Part shown: piece after piece, positions 39,440 through 49,397 of the stretch
How positions within the stretch are numbered: the stretch's first letter is position 1
How the letters are laid out: every line of letters begins with the position of its first letter
NCBI GenBank assembly: GCA_039934415.1
Contig: JBDTME010000001.1
Coordinates: 49,496 to 113,495, forward strand
Source of the DNA: Patescibacteria group bacterium
GTDB taxonomy: Bacteria; Patescibacteriota; Microgenomatia; UBA1400; PJMF01
DNA length: 64,000 bases
Direction of reading: 5' to 3'
Made by a program: the position numbers and the translations under genes
Notes under the pieces: model-generated
Seen by the model: the letters and a program-made list of their open reading frames with translations, nothing else
Told to the model about the DNA's origin: nothing
Databases searched by the model: none

Positions 39440-40342
39440 TTGGGTTACAATATGAGTAGTATGATTCAGCAAATTTCTCCCCCTCCAACTAATCCTCCTT
39501 TACGAAATCCAGCACCAGTGAACCAGCCGGTTCAATTAAATCAGGCCCCTACACCTAAACCTGCTAACTCTCTACCTTTTAATGCTCTTGCCCGGTATGA
39601 GCAGACTCAAAAGTTTCTGAAAGATCAGATACTATCAGTGCAAAATAAATCTAAAAATTTGAAAGATACTGAGCGGACGCTATTGATTCAAAGCATCTTT
39701 GCTCTTTCAACTTCGCTCGCACTAGTTTTAGTTTTCATCTTTTTCTTTTTTCCATTATTGATTCGATTTGCCGGAAACTTGAGCAATTTAGCCGTTTTCC
39801 CTCAAACCGATACAATTCCTCCTAGTGTCCCTACTTTTGCAGCTCCAGTTGAGGCAACCCAGGAAAGTTCGATTACTTTAAGCGGTTTTGGTGAGCCTAA
39901 AAGTAAGGTTATACTCGTAAAAAATGGTTCAGAAGCAGGAAACGTAGTAGTTGGAGACAGTGGTGAATTTAACCTGGAGGTAAATCTAGATGAAGGTGAA
40001 AATAAGATTGCTGCGTACAGTGTTGATCTTGCAAAAAATGAAAGTTCGATGGGGAAACAATACACAGTGAAGTTCGATCAAACTCCCCCTGAAATTGATT
40101 GGCAGTCACCCGAGGAGAATAAAGTTGTTAAAAATTTAAGAGAACAATCAGTTGAAGTAAAAGGAAAAGTAAACGAGTCGGCTAAAGTGTATCTGAATGA
40201 TCAGTTCATTTCGAATTCTAGTGATGGTTCCTTTGACACTCAATTTATGCTCAAGCAAGGTGATAATATCCTGACTCTGAAAGCCGTAGACGTCGCCCAG
40301 AATGAAACTCAAGTCGAGCGAACAGTTTCTTTTAAACCATAA
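39440..40342 (+). CDS. Hypothetical membrane-anchored surface protein (Pro/Gln-rich N-terminus, TM, beta-rich ectodomain)
   Basis: TM helix LVLVFIFFFFPLLIRF. The C-terminal ~180 aa is Ig-like in composition. The start is likely the ATG at 39452. Confidence 0.5.
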   Translation: MGYNMSSMIQQISPPPTNPPLRNPAPVNQPVQLNQAPTPKPANSLPFNALARYEQTQKFLKDQILSVQNKSKNLKDTERTLLIQSIFALSTSLALVLVFIFFFFPLLIRFAGNLSNLAVFPQTDTIPPSVPTFAAPVEATQESSITLSGFGEPKSKVILVKNGSEAGNVVVGDSGEFNLEVNLDEGENKIAAYSVDLAKNESSMGKQYTVKFDQTPPEIDWQSPEENKVVKNLREQSVEVKGKVNESAKVYLNDQFISNSSDGSFDTQFMLKQGDNILTLKAVDVAQNETQVERTVSFKP

Positions 40343-41481
40343 ACAGAAAAAACAGTAGCCAGAATTGCCAAACTCCAAATATAAAACAGACTGTTATTGA
40401 ATAAACTGTGAATCCCAATAAGCAAGATAATTGATCGAATTGGTTCACTGAAGAATACTGGTCTCAGTTCCCAAATGGAGGTCAAAATTAATACTATACC
40501 TATCGTGCCGAATGAAACGAACAAGAAAACAAGTGAGTTGTCAGGAGTGACCGCATGATTGGGTACATTTAGATTCGACTGGACGATGTTTCGATAAAGG
40601 CCTCTCCCCCAGATCACTTCACTTAATGAAAGTGACTCCAGTGCTTGCTTGTTTGAGGTAATTCTTGATGAAATACTTGCAGTTCGTTCTAATTTTACGC
40701 CTGCTCCACTCGGTCTTGGTAGAAGTGGGATACAAGCGAACAGTAACAGAATAATAAAAGGGAGACGTTTGTGTTTAGAAGTTATTAGAGTGAAGATAAG
40801 TACGACTGCTAAAGATAAATATGATGCTCTCGAGTATGTAAGGAGTGTTGCCATCGTGAACAGAAAGCATACCAATATATTAAGTAACTTCAATTTCCCT
40901 TGTGCAAAGATTCTCAAGTAGAGTATTAACCCACTTGCAATCACTAAACCTGTAAAACCTGGATCAAACAGTGTAGAGATTAGCCTATAGTAGTGATCAT
41001 CCCAACCTAGAAGGATTAACCATCGTGTATCAGGGAATAAAAGATATTGAATAAAACCAAATAAAGTAATGAGACTACTCATCCAGATAAGTAGTCCATA
41101 TACTTCTGTTTTTGTAAACACTTTATCTTTAACTGCCAGTCTGATTAAAAAGAATAATTGTGCGTACAGGATCATTCTGGAAATGTAGACAACAGAAAGC
41201 AGATCTGGGTGAATGATTTGAAACAAGAGGGTTTGTAACCCCAAGAAAACTGTGAGAATGAGTAAGCTTTTTTCTCGTAAAATTTTCGTGAAAAAGTTTT
41301 TCCAAGTAGAGGAAAGTTCTATCGTGAAAACTAAAGCGATTCCAGCAAGGACGAGTTCATGGAGATAAATAGCAACTTGTGGAGTGATCTGAAGTCGTTG
41401 GATTTGACCCAGACTCATCAGGAAAAAAAAGATTGTGAGTGAAACTCTGAGTAAAGATAGTTTGAAATTATTGAGCTTCAT
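40309..41481 (-). CDS. O-antigen ligase / Wzy_C-like polytopic membrane protein
   Basis: About 10 TM helices. LTYSRASYLSL resembles the Wzy_C/O-antigen ligase motif. Confidence 0.6.
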   Translation of the reverse strand: MKLNNFKLSLLRVSLTIFFFLMSLGQIQRLQITPQVAIYLHELVLAGIALVFTIELSSTWKNFFTKILREKSLLILTVFLGLQTLLFQIIHPDLLSVVYISRMILYAQLFFLIRLAVKDKVFTKTEVYGLLIWMSSLITLFGFIQYLLFPDTRWLILLGWDDHYYRLISTLFDPGFTGLVIASGLILYLRIFAQGKLKLLNILVCFLFTMATLLTYSRASYLSLAVVLIFTLITSKHKRLPFIILLLFACIPLLPRPSGAGVKLERTASISSRITSNKQALESLSLSEVIWGRGLYRNIVQSNLNVPNHAVTPDNSLVFLFVSFGTIGIVLILTSIWELRPVFFSEPIRSIILLIGIHSLFNNSLFYIWSLAILATVFSVYGLKETVRST

Positions 41482-42214
41482 AACGCTTGATCCGAACTAC
41501 ACTCGAATGAATTGCCATAATAAAACTGTATATTAAGCCTCTATAGCCATCCAGAAAACCTTGCTTTATCACGAATGTATAAATGAACTTGCCCGCTGGT
41601 AAGACAAGAGACTTGAGCAACACCCTCTGCTCTTTTCCCTGAGTTGCGAGCAACGATGTGTAGAGGTTTATTTTTTGAATAAATTCGAAAATAGATTTGT
41701 GTGGTTCGTGGTACAGCGGAGACTTCAGTTTACCTATTTTGCTAGAATGATGAGTAAGTTGAATGTACTCATGAACCTTTCCTCTCCACTCCCCTTTTCC
41801 TTTTTTCACCAATCTTATAAAATTTGCAGATCTAGTTTCTCCGTGAAAGATGACTTTGTTGAGAAAGATATCAACTCTTCTAATTTCAAAAGCGTTTTCA
41901 TTTGTCATCTGTATGTTTTTTCTAGCTTCCTCTGCCAACGTTCTTGTAATGTATTCATCACTGTCAAGGAAAAACACCCACTCGGTTGTAACTTCCTTTA
42001 AGGCTTGGTTCTTCATATTTGAGAAACTGGTGAGGTGAGGGTGTTGAATGACATCAAAGTGATATTTTTTTTTCAGTTCTGACGAATGAATTTTTGAATT
42101 TTGATCAATGACTAACACTCGCTCTGCCCATTGAGCGCTTTCTATAGCTTTTAAGAACCGGTCATCTAGCTGGTGGCAAGGAATAATTACTGTGAGTGTC
42201 GCAGCTTGGGTCAT
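41468..42214 (-). CDS. Family 2 glycosyltransferase
   Basis: LTVIIPCHQ...FFLDSDEY with a DxD motif. Confidence 0.8.
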   Translation of the reverse strand: MTQAATLTVIIPCHQLDDRFLKAIESAQWAERVLVIDQNSKIHSSELKKKYHFDVIQHPHLTSFSNMKNQALKEVTTEWVFFLDSDEYITRTLAEEARKNIQMTNENAFEIRRVDIFLNKVIFHGETRSANFIRLVKKGKGEWRGKVHEYIQLTHHSSKIGKLKSPLYHEPHKSIFEFIQKINLYTSLLATQGKEQRVLLKSLVLPAGKFIYTFVIKQGFLDGYRGLIYSFIMAIHSSVVRIKRYEAQ

Positions 42215-43701
42215 ATGTTGTTTGGAATTTCAATTACATCAACAGTTGTGAAAAAGGTAATTTTGGCTAACGGGTAATTAATAAGTTCGCTATTATGTTT
42301 ATTGATGAAAAAGATTTTTTTGGGGATATCTTCTCTGCTCTCCTCTATATTTTTGTGTGGTAATGATAAACCTATGACTCTAAAGTTATCGAGATATGTT
42401 TCGAAGTGAGCATCTGGGTCAGTCGATCTTAATTGGAATGGGTGTTCTTCACTTTGAGACAGCACAAACTTCATGACTTCAACTTGTTCTTTGTAACCTG
42501 TGCCGTATTGGAAATCAGAAGAGTTTGGCAGAATATAAAAATTATTCTTCACAATAGCAACGACGTTCATACTTGCGATCGCGATGAAAAAACAGCTCAT
42601 GCAAATCTTCCATTGCAAATTAAGAAAGGAGACTCCAGCACCAATCACTATACAACTGAGCAGAATAATAGGAGGGAAATAGGCTTCTGAAGGTGAGCCG
42701 TGGATGAATAACGCTAACAGTAACAAGATAAGACCAAAAGATAATTCTTGCAAAAAAAGGTTTTTGGCAGCAAATTTTAAAATAAGCAAGCAGCTTGCAC
42801 CCAATACTATTAAAAAGAATAAACCAATGACCTCATGATCGAGTGAAAATATTCGTGAAAAATAATGGATAAAAGCATTCCATGCAATAGAGATTTGGCT
42901 TAAGGAAAAAGCATGTGATTTTCCAATCCAAAAAAAACTGGTTAATCGTCGCAGCAACCATACTAAAAAGCCGCCGAGTTGGGAGAACTGGTTTGTGATA
43001 TCGAAGATGATCTGAGGTAATAATCCAATAGTGAGTCCTGCTGCACTTTCCAAAATCATGACTTTAGAGTAGTTTTTTGTTTTCCATATAGTAATTGGAA
43101 CTAACAAAAATAAGGGTACTAATGCTAATTCAAACTGAAAAAGGAGAGCAAAACTCAAGGTAGTATAGAAAATAGCATACGGTTTTTTTTCAATTAACCG
43201 TTGAATATTCCAAAGATAGAGTAACAGACATGAAATAATCGGTGTGATGTGATATGGCATTCGACTGTGTGCCACAGCCAAGGGGGAAGTAGCAAGCAGT
43301 AATGTGGTTATTAAAGCAGTCGTGATATTTACATTTTTTTTGAGTAGGACAAAGCAGAATAGTAGGACTGCGCTATTAAGAAAGGCGACGAGATAACCAA
43401 TTACTATGGGATTGGGTCCCCCCACTTTGAAAACGAGCGCTTCAAACCAAACGAATAAAGGGCCCTGTTTAAATCGGGGTTCGCTTGAGGGTATACCAAG
43501 CAAAGGGATCTGACCCGATCGATTCATCTCAACAGCAGCTAGCATGTCTCGACCAGCATCTGCAAAAAAAATCATCTTTGTCTCAATTTGCCAAACCCGA
43601 ACAAAAATACCCAGAATAAGGATCAAAATCAATGCGATGTCGGTGAAAGAAAATCTATTTTTTTTTAGAAATGGATGAAGATAAAAAGCATCTTTTTTCA
43701 T
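42211..43701 (-). CDS. GT39/GT83 (ArnT/PMT-like) membrane glycosyltransferase
   Basis: N-terminal FADAGRD-type loop after the first TM (FFADAGRDMLAAVEM). About 12 TM helices. Confidence 0.6.
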   Translation of the reverse strand: MKKDAFYLHPFLKKNRFSFTDIALILILILGIFVRVWQIETKMIFFADAGRDMLAAVEMNRSGQIPLLGIPSSEPRFKQGPLFVWFEALVFKVGGPNPIVIGYLVAFLNSAVLLFCFVLLKKNVNITTALITTLLLATSPLAVAHSRMPYHITPIISCLLLYLWNIQRLIEKKPYAIFYTTLSFALLFQFELALVPLFLLVPITIWKTKNYSKVMILESAAGLTIGLLPQIIFDITNQFSQLGGFLVWLLRRLTSFFWIGKSHAFSLSQISIAWNAFIHYFSRIFSLDHEVIGLFFLIVLGASCLLILKFAAKNLFLQELSFGLILLLLALFIHGSPSEAYFPPIILLSCIVIGAGVSFLNLQWKICMSCFFIAIASMNVVAIVKNNFYILPNSSDFQYGTGYKEQVEVMKFVLSQSEEHPFQLRSTDPDAHFETYLDNFRVIGLSLPHKNIEESREDIPKKIFFINKHNSELINYPLAKITFFTTVDVIEIPNNI

Positions 43702-44942
43702 ACTTGAGAGTCAATTGTTGTTTTTGGTTTTAGTGTTTTTATTATGAAGTAGAAGAAAATAGGCAACGTAACTAATCTTGAAATTAAAACGCTACTGGCT
43801 CCCCCAATCAAGCCATATTTCGGTGTCAAAACGAGTATTCCAATCACCATCGATACTAAAGTTGTTGCTAAGACCATAGATAAAAAATAATACTTTCTTC
43901 TGACTGTGAATAGCGTGCTTCCAATATTAAACAAACCTTGGATGTATCCAGAAACCGCTAAAATAGGCAGAATGGCTGCAAGTCCTACCCACTGATTACC
44001 GAACTGGAGTTTTACGATCAATTGTGGAAATAAAACAAGAATCATCGTCGGTATGACCAAAAGTATAGAGAAGCTAATGGCCACTTTTACAAATGCAGTT
44101 TTTAAACGAACAAGATCATTTGAAAGGCGACTATAGATCGGAAAAGAAGCGTGAATGACGGAAAGACCTAATTCTGAAGTAGCCGATTGTGTGACAGCAT
44201 ACGCATTTTGGTAGAAACCTAGAGTTTCAGTACCCAATATTTTGCCAATAATGAGATTATCGAGATTTTTATTCAAATAATCTAATATTGAAATATTATT
44301 GAGCCACTTCGTTTGATGGAAAATTTCTTTAAAAATGACGCGACTAAATTCAAACTTAGGTTTAACCTTTACAAAGTAAAAAGAAATAAAGACATCAGCG
44401 ACTGTGGAGAAAAAGATTGGAATAATCAATGCATAAGTATTTTTGAAAATGAAGGCAGCACTAATAGCTGCGCAGAAATCTACTGCTACTAAAGACATTC
44501 TGTAGAAGGTATCTTTTTTGAAGTCAAGTTCTTTATAAAAATTAATAATTGCTGGATTAATGAAACCACGAACGAGTGGGATCCCACTTGCGAATAATAT
44601 AAATTGAACAAGTGAAGGTTCTTTATAATAAGATGAAAGCAGAAAAGCCATCGCAATCATGATGACGCTAATAACAACACCACGACAAATAGAAAAAATC
44701 CAGGCGGTGCTAATATACTCATCAATTTTTTTCTGAGATTGAACCAAAATAGTGTTAATTCCACTCTCAGTAAATACCTCGACTAAGGAAATTGAAACAA
44801 GTACAAGTGAAAAGACACCGAAGTCTCTTGGAGTTAGAAGTCGAGCCAAAACAGCGAGCTTGATAGCACTGACCACCTTGGAGAGAACCTTGAAAGTTCC
44901 GTTCCAGGCAACTCCTGAAATGAAGGATGATTTATAGCTCAT
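43698..44942 (-). CDS. Polysaccharide/oligosaccharide flippase (Wzx, MOP superfamily)
   Basis: 414 aa, about 12 TM helices, typical Wzx N-terminus. Coupled to the upstream GT gene. Confidence 0.7.
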   Translation of the reverse strand: MSYKSSFISGVAWNGTFKVLSKVVSAIKLAVLARLLTPRDFGVFSLVLVSISLVEVFTESGINTILVQSQKKIDEYISTAWIFSICRGVVISVIMIAMAFLLSSYYKEPSLVQFILFASGIPLVRGFINPAIINFYKELDFKKDTFYRMSLVAVDFCAAISAAFIFKNTYALIIPIFFSTVADVFISFYFVKVKPKFEFSRVIFKEIFHQTKWLNNISILDYLNKNLDNLIIGKILGTETLGFYQNAYAVTQSATSELGLSVIHASFPIYSRLSNDLVRLKTAFVKVAISFSILLVIPTMILVLFPQLIVKLQFGNQWVGLAAILPILAVSGYIQGLFNIGSTLFTVRRKYYFLSMVLATTLVSMVIGILVLTPKYGLIGGASSVLISRLVTLPIFFYFIIKTLKPKTTIDSQV

Positions 44943-45026
44943 AGTTTAATTGTATACTATACTTTCACTCTTGTTTTTGAGATAGGTACAAGAGATAATT
45001 TCTATCTGGTTAACAATATTTTTTTT

Positions 45027-45617
45027 ATGGATATCTTACGTTCAATTGGCGCTTTTTTTCTCGACATCATCGAAACTGTGGTGATTGCCTTGTCTATTTT
45101 TTTGGTCGTTTATCTTTTCTTGCTTCAACCTCATCAAGTTAATGGACAATCGATGGTTCCTAATTTTCATGACAAAGAATATTTATTGACTGACAAGATT
45201 AGCTACAAATTAGGAAAACCCAAGCGTGGTGATGTTGTCGTTTTTCATGCGCCTCCTGCCGCAAATTGTGCAATAGGTACTGGATGTGATTTCATTAAAC
45301 GAGTATTAGGTTTACCTGGTGATCAAGTTGAAGTCAAAGATAATGCAATTTGGATCAATGGACAGAAGGTTGAAGAGCCGTATATTCCTAGCAATTTTGA
45401 AATCTTACCAGGTGCGTATACTAAAGGGAAAATAATTACACTTGGTGTTGATGAGTACTTTGTTGATGGTGATAATCGTCCATTCTCAAGTGACTCTAGA
45501 GCCTGGGGTCCGATTACCTCCAAAGAGATTGTTGGCCGAGCTTTTTTCCGCTATTGGCCACTCAAAGTTGCCGGTTGGGTACCGAAAGTCACCTACAATA
45601 TAGATGCGAATCGCTAA
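45027..45617 (+). CDS. lepB: Signal peptidase I
   Basis: GQSMVPNF (Ser nucleophile), KRGDVVVF, and DSRAWGP boxes. Confidence 0.9.
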   Translation: MDILRSIGAFFLDIIETVVIALSIFLVVYLFLLQPHQVNGQSMVPNFHDKEYLLTDKISYKLGKPKRGDVVVFHAPPAANCAIGTGCDFIKRVLGLPGDQVEVKDNAIWINGQKVEEPYIPSNFEILPGAYTKGKIITLGVDEYFVDGDNRPFSSDSRAWGPITSKEIVGRAFFRYWPLKVAGWVPKVTYNIDANR

Positions 45618-45630
45618 CTATATCAGGTAG

Positions 45631-46458
45631 TTACTGTAATTTAGCAAGTTGAAGAATTTTTTCCAGTTGTTCTTGAGTTTGTTCTGGAGTGCCATTCAGA
45701 GTGATGTTCACTTTTGTTTGGCGTTTTGATCGTGATAGTCGCACATTAGAATGCTGTCCGAGTGCTTGTTCAAGCGTTTCTTTCCAAATATCAAGTTCAC
45801 TATTTAAGATTGGCTTCAAATCCTTCTTAGTTGGTGATTGATTGTTTCTCAACTGTTCATTCATCATTCTTGATAAGGCTTCGGCTCGTCTCACTGAACC
45901 ATTTTCTTTCAGAATAATTTTGTATGCTTCAATCATCAAGCGTTGATTATCAATTGCTGCAAGTGCTCTAGCATGACCTTCAGCAATGAGTCCACCGATA
46001 AGACCGTCTTTGATTGCGTCAGGCAATAATAGCAAGCGTAAAGAGTTGCTGACATAAGCGGGCGATTTACCTACTTTTTTAGCTAGGTCGGTGTTAGAAA
46101 GTTTGAACTCAGTCATTAATCGTTGGAATGCTTTCCCACGCTCAATTGAGTTCAAATCTACTCGTTGTACATTTTCAATCAGTGCCATTTCTAACATGCC
46201 GCGAGGAGTGGTTTTTTTTATCACGACAGGCACTTCTTCAAATCCTGCTAGTTTAGCTGCCCTCCACCGTCGTTCACCAGCAATAATTTGATACCCTGCC
46301 GGAGTGTGTGCCACGACAAGGGGTTCAATGATACCGTGTTCTAAGATTGATTGACGAAGGTCTTCCAATTCTTCTTTTTGGAACTCACCTCGTGGTTGGA
46401 GAGGATTTGGTTGCAGGTGATGAATTGGCAAGTGATGGATTTGGGAGTTATCGGTCAT
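45631..46458 (-). CDS. parB: ParB/Spo0J partition protein (no adjacent parA)
   Basis: GERRWRAAKLAG CTP-binding/ParB box. HTH region. Confidence 0.85.
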   Translation of the reverse strand: MTDNSQIHHLPIHHLQPNPLQPRGEFQKEELEDLRQSILEHGIIEPLVVAHTPAGYQIIAGERRWRAAKLAGFEEVPVVIKKTTPRGMLEMALIENVQRVDLNSIERGKAFQRLMTEFKLSNTDLAKKVGKSPAYVSNSLRLLLLPDAIKDGLIGGLIAEGHARALAAIDNQRLMIEAYKIILKENGSVRRAEALSRMMNEQLRNNQSPTKKDLKPILNSELDIWKETLEQALGQHSNVRLSRSKRQTKVNITLNGTPEQTQEQLEKILQLAKLQ

Positions 46459-46533
46459 AGGCTGAGTGTAACAGATAACAAGACGCGTGAAAAGATTATG
46501 AAGCGGAAAATTGAGATACGGGAATTTGAGTTT

Positions 46534-46782
46534 TTATTCGACGTTAACGACTGTTCTGCCGAATCGTTTTGAGAAGCGGACAATACCGTCAATCATTGAA
46601 AAGGCTGTGAAGTCTCTTCCTAATTTGACATTTTTGCCAGCTTTGTACACTGAGCCTCTTTGTCTGACGATAATTTGACCAATTTTAATTTTTTGACCAC
46701 CAGAAACTTTAAGCCCCAGGCGTTTTCCTGATCTTTGTTTATGTTGACTGGCTCCACTTCCACCGGCTTTGACGTGTGACAT
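46534..46782 (-). CDS. rpmA: 50S ribosomal protein L27
   Basis: MSHVKAGGS...KRLGLKVSGGQ...IIVRQRGSVYKAGKNVKLGRD. No Prp-cleaved N-terminal extension. Confidence 0.9.
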   Translation of the reverse strand: MSHVKAGGSGASQHKQRSGKRLGLKVSGGQKIKIGQIIVRQRGSVYKAGKNVKLGRDFTAFSMIDGIVRFSKRFGRTVVNVE

Positions 46783-46785
46783 ATG

Positions 46786-47913
46786 TTAGGGATTATATTT
46801 CAGATGATAAATTGCTCTCTGAACAACTGTTTGCTCTCGAGAATACGTGAGAGGTCCAGAAAGGATACTATACCCAAGCTCTCGAGATTTGTCAATCATT
46901 TTAGCCAGGGAATAGGTTTTGTCACCTTGACTTACTAAAGGTGTGACAAGGACGACTTCTCCTTTTTCGTTTAGAAGTTGAGTCCAGCGCTTGAGGGCAC
47001 CCCAATATAGCTTCTCCAAACCTTTAAAAACGTTGGGTAATTGGTCAGGTTTTGGTTGCTGTTTCCCAAGAAAGGGCTCGGTGACGATTGCATCAACTTT
47101 ACCTTGTAACTGAGCACTACTCACTTGAGTTGCGTCCGAACAAAATAAAGAGTATTGCGGTTCAATCTGTTTATATTGTGTAAACCAGTGAAGATTTTCG
47201 CCTGATTGGTTAACTGAAACTTGAGAGATATCAGAACCGATGACAGACCAACCTAGTTCACTGCCTTCAATCAAAATAGTACCAGTGCCGCAGAAAGGGT
47301 CGTACAATCGCTTTGTTTCTTGAGATTTTAATCCTGGTGATAGGAAATTGATCATGGTCCGGGCTAATTTGGGAGGTAGCATGCCTTTTTCAGGGTCACG
47401 GTTAGGTTTGTCAATGTCTTTGATGCTCCAGTGGTCAATATTTTGAACCCAGCAGGTTTTGAGTAAATAGACAAGTTCACCGATCTGAACAACGCCATAC
47501 TCATTAACTCGATGGTGGCGCAAAATAGAGGCAGACAGTCCATGCGACTGAGAAGTGACATAACGACCAGATAAGCCGTGTTCTTTCAATTTCGTTTTTA
47601 TTTCCTTCATTTGAGAGAGAGAGTCTTGACCTGGTTGGAAAAAGACGGAAAAATCTGAACGATGATCTGAGACTAAGTCAGCAACAATTTCATCAATAAA
47701 AGACTCTCCTGGGTTTTTTTGGTCGATCACACTGAATGCTTTGATGATTCCGGCAGTTTTATCAAGAATTCTTGTAAGTGTTTCCAGACTGTCCGTTTCG
47801 ACACTCACGTATGTAGGGCTGAGTTTCTGGAGTTCAAATTCAGGCTCAAAGGATTGTTTGGCTTCATACCAGCACAGATCTGAGAGTCTGCCCAGTTGGA
47901 GAAGGTTTTTCAT
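46786..47913 (-). CDS. THUMP-type class I SAM-dependent RNA (guanine-N2) methyltransferase (Trm11/TrmN/RlmL-like)
   Basis: MLPPKLARTMINF, DPFCGTGTILIEG (motif I) and DAIVTEPFLG (motif IV, an NPPY-like variant). Confidence 0.6.
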   Translation of the reverse strand: MKNLLQLGRLSDLCWYEAKQSFEPEFELQKLSPTYVSVETDSLETLTRILDKTAGIIKAFSVIDQKNPGESFIDEIVADLVSDHRSDFSVFFQPGQDSLSQMKEIKTKLKEHGLSGRYVTSQSHGLSASILRHHRVNEYGVVQIGELVYLLKTCWVQNIDHWSIKDIDKPNRDPEKGMLPPKLARTMINFLSPGLKSQETKRLYDPFCGTGTILIEGSELGWSVIGSDISQVSVNQSGENLHWFTQYKQIEPQYSLFCSDATQVSSAQLQGKVDAIVTEPFLGKQQPKPDQLPNVFKGLEKLYWGALKRWTQLLNEKGEVVLVTPLVSQGDKTYSLAKMIDKSRELGYSILSGPLTYSREQTVVQRAIYHLKYNP

Positions 47914-47948
47914 AATGGGGAGTGAGCTGAACTAATACTAAAAGTATC

Positions 47949-48266
47949 TCACTTCGAAGAGATACTGACAACTTTCAGGGTGGATTGATCTTGGCGATGA
48001 CCGTGAACTTTTCGGTGGCGTGATTTTGCGGTATAAGTAGCCACACGGATTTTTGGTGATTGGCCGTGAGAAATAACTTCTAAAGAAACTGAGACTGAGT
48101 CAAGATGAGGCTGGCCTACAGTGGTTTTTTCATCATCAGAAACTAAGAGGACAGAATCGGCTTTAAATGAGGTACCAACTTCATGCTCAACTAGGTCAGA
48201 AAGGATGGTTTCACCCTCGTAGACTTTTACTTGTTTACCTTGCAGGTTGATAATTGCGTACTTCAT
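47949..48266 (-). CDS. rplU: 50S ribosomal protein L21
   Basis: MKYAIINLQGKQVKVYEGE is a typical L21 N-terminus. Confidence 0.9.
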   Translation of the reverse strand: MKYAIINLQGKQVKVYEGETILSDLVEHEVGTSFKADSVLLVSDDEKTTVGQPHLDSVSVSLEVISHGQSPKIRVATYTAKSRHRKVHGHRQDQSTLKVVSISSK

Positions 48267-48309
48267 AGACGGAAATTATACCATAATGCTCAAGACGTAC
48301 AATCACCGG

Positions 48310-49383
48310 CTATCTCAGCTGAAAAACAGTCCTTGTATTGGTTTCAATGATGGCTCGCTCGAGAATGCCGAAACTGAGTGCAAAGCTAAGTAGAGAACTC
48401 CCTCCATAGGATAAGAAAGGAAGTGTGATGCCCGTAATGGGTAATATTCCCATGTTCATTCCAATATTAATTGTGACTTGAATACAAAAAAAACTTAAAA
48501 ATCCGATGAACAATGACTGGAAAAAGGTATTTTGACTTTTGCTCAATTTCAGACTCAAAAAGAAAAAAAGTATGCCATAGAGGAAAAGCACGAGAAATGA
48601 GCCAAGAAGTCCCAGTTCTTCCGCAAGTGAAGCAAAAATAAAATCGGTCTGTCTCTCAGGCAGGAATCGAAGTTGAGATTGTACTCCGTGTCCCAATCCC
48701 CTTCCCATTAAACCGCCAGAGCCAACAGCAATCATGGATTGTCGCGCATTGTAACTTGATTCCTGGTGGTCATCTGGTGACAAAAAAGTAAGAATTCTTT
48801 GTTTTTGATAAGGTTTAACTACAAAAATCCAGCCGATAATAGACAATATGAATATAAAAACGAGAGCACTGCCAATCCACCGAACTGGCAGGTCAGAGTG
48901 AAGTGCCATCATTCCAGCAAAGAATAAAAAAATTAAGGACGTACTGAGATTTGGTTCGATGATGGTCAGAAACCAAGGCACTACAATCAACAAGCTGTAT
49001 TTGATTAAATTACTAAATTTTCTCAGGCTGTTAGAACCTAAAAAAAAGCTGAGAGTGACAATGGTAATGGGTTGGGCAAATTGGGAGGGTTGAAAATTAA
49101 TCGGTCCAATAGGAATCCAACGTGCTGCTCCTTTGTGAACGATGCCAAGTGAAAGTGTAATAATTAATGCCAACAACGAGCCACCATAAAGCCACCAATG
49201 GTATTTTCGCCAAAGGTTGAAGTTAAAAAAACTGACACAAAAGAAGATACAACTTCCGAGCAAAAAAAAGATAAATTGCACGTAAACTAAATTAGGTGCA
49301 ATGCTTGCAATGATACTCAGACTAACCACAGCAAAACAAAAATAAAGCAGTGGAAGAACGACCAGCTGACGCATAAAAGCCAT
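48310..49383 (-). CDS. rodA: SEDS-family peptidoglycan glycosyltransferase (RodA/FtsW paralog)
   Basis: About 10 TM helices. C-terminal GILPITGITLPFLSYGGSS motif. Confidence 0.8.
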   Translation of the reverse strand: MAFMRQLVVLPLLYFCFAVVSLSIIASIAPNLVYVQFIFFLLGSCIFFCVSFFNFNLWRKYHWWLYGGSLLALIITLSLGIVHKGAARWIPIGPINFQPSQFAQPITIVTLSFFLGSNSLRKFSNLIKYSLLIVVPWFLTIIEPNLSTSLIFLFFAGMMALHSDLPVRWIGSALVFIFILSIIGWIFVVKPYQKQRILTFLSPDDHQESSYNARQSMIAVGSGGLMGRGLGHGVQSQLRFLPERQTDFIFASLAEELGLLGSFLVLFLYGILFFFLSLKLSKSQNTFFQSLFIGFLSFFCIQVTINIGMNMGILPITGITLPFLSYGGSSLLSFALSFGILERAIIETNTRTVFQLR

Positions 49384-49397
49384 TGTAGCATGACGTT

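Noticed and set aside
39261-39488. 75 aa ORF on the minus strand
   Set aside because: Entirely overlapped by the hand-folded tRNA-Thr (39252..39322) and tRNA-Gly (39336..39406). Spurious.
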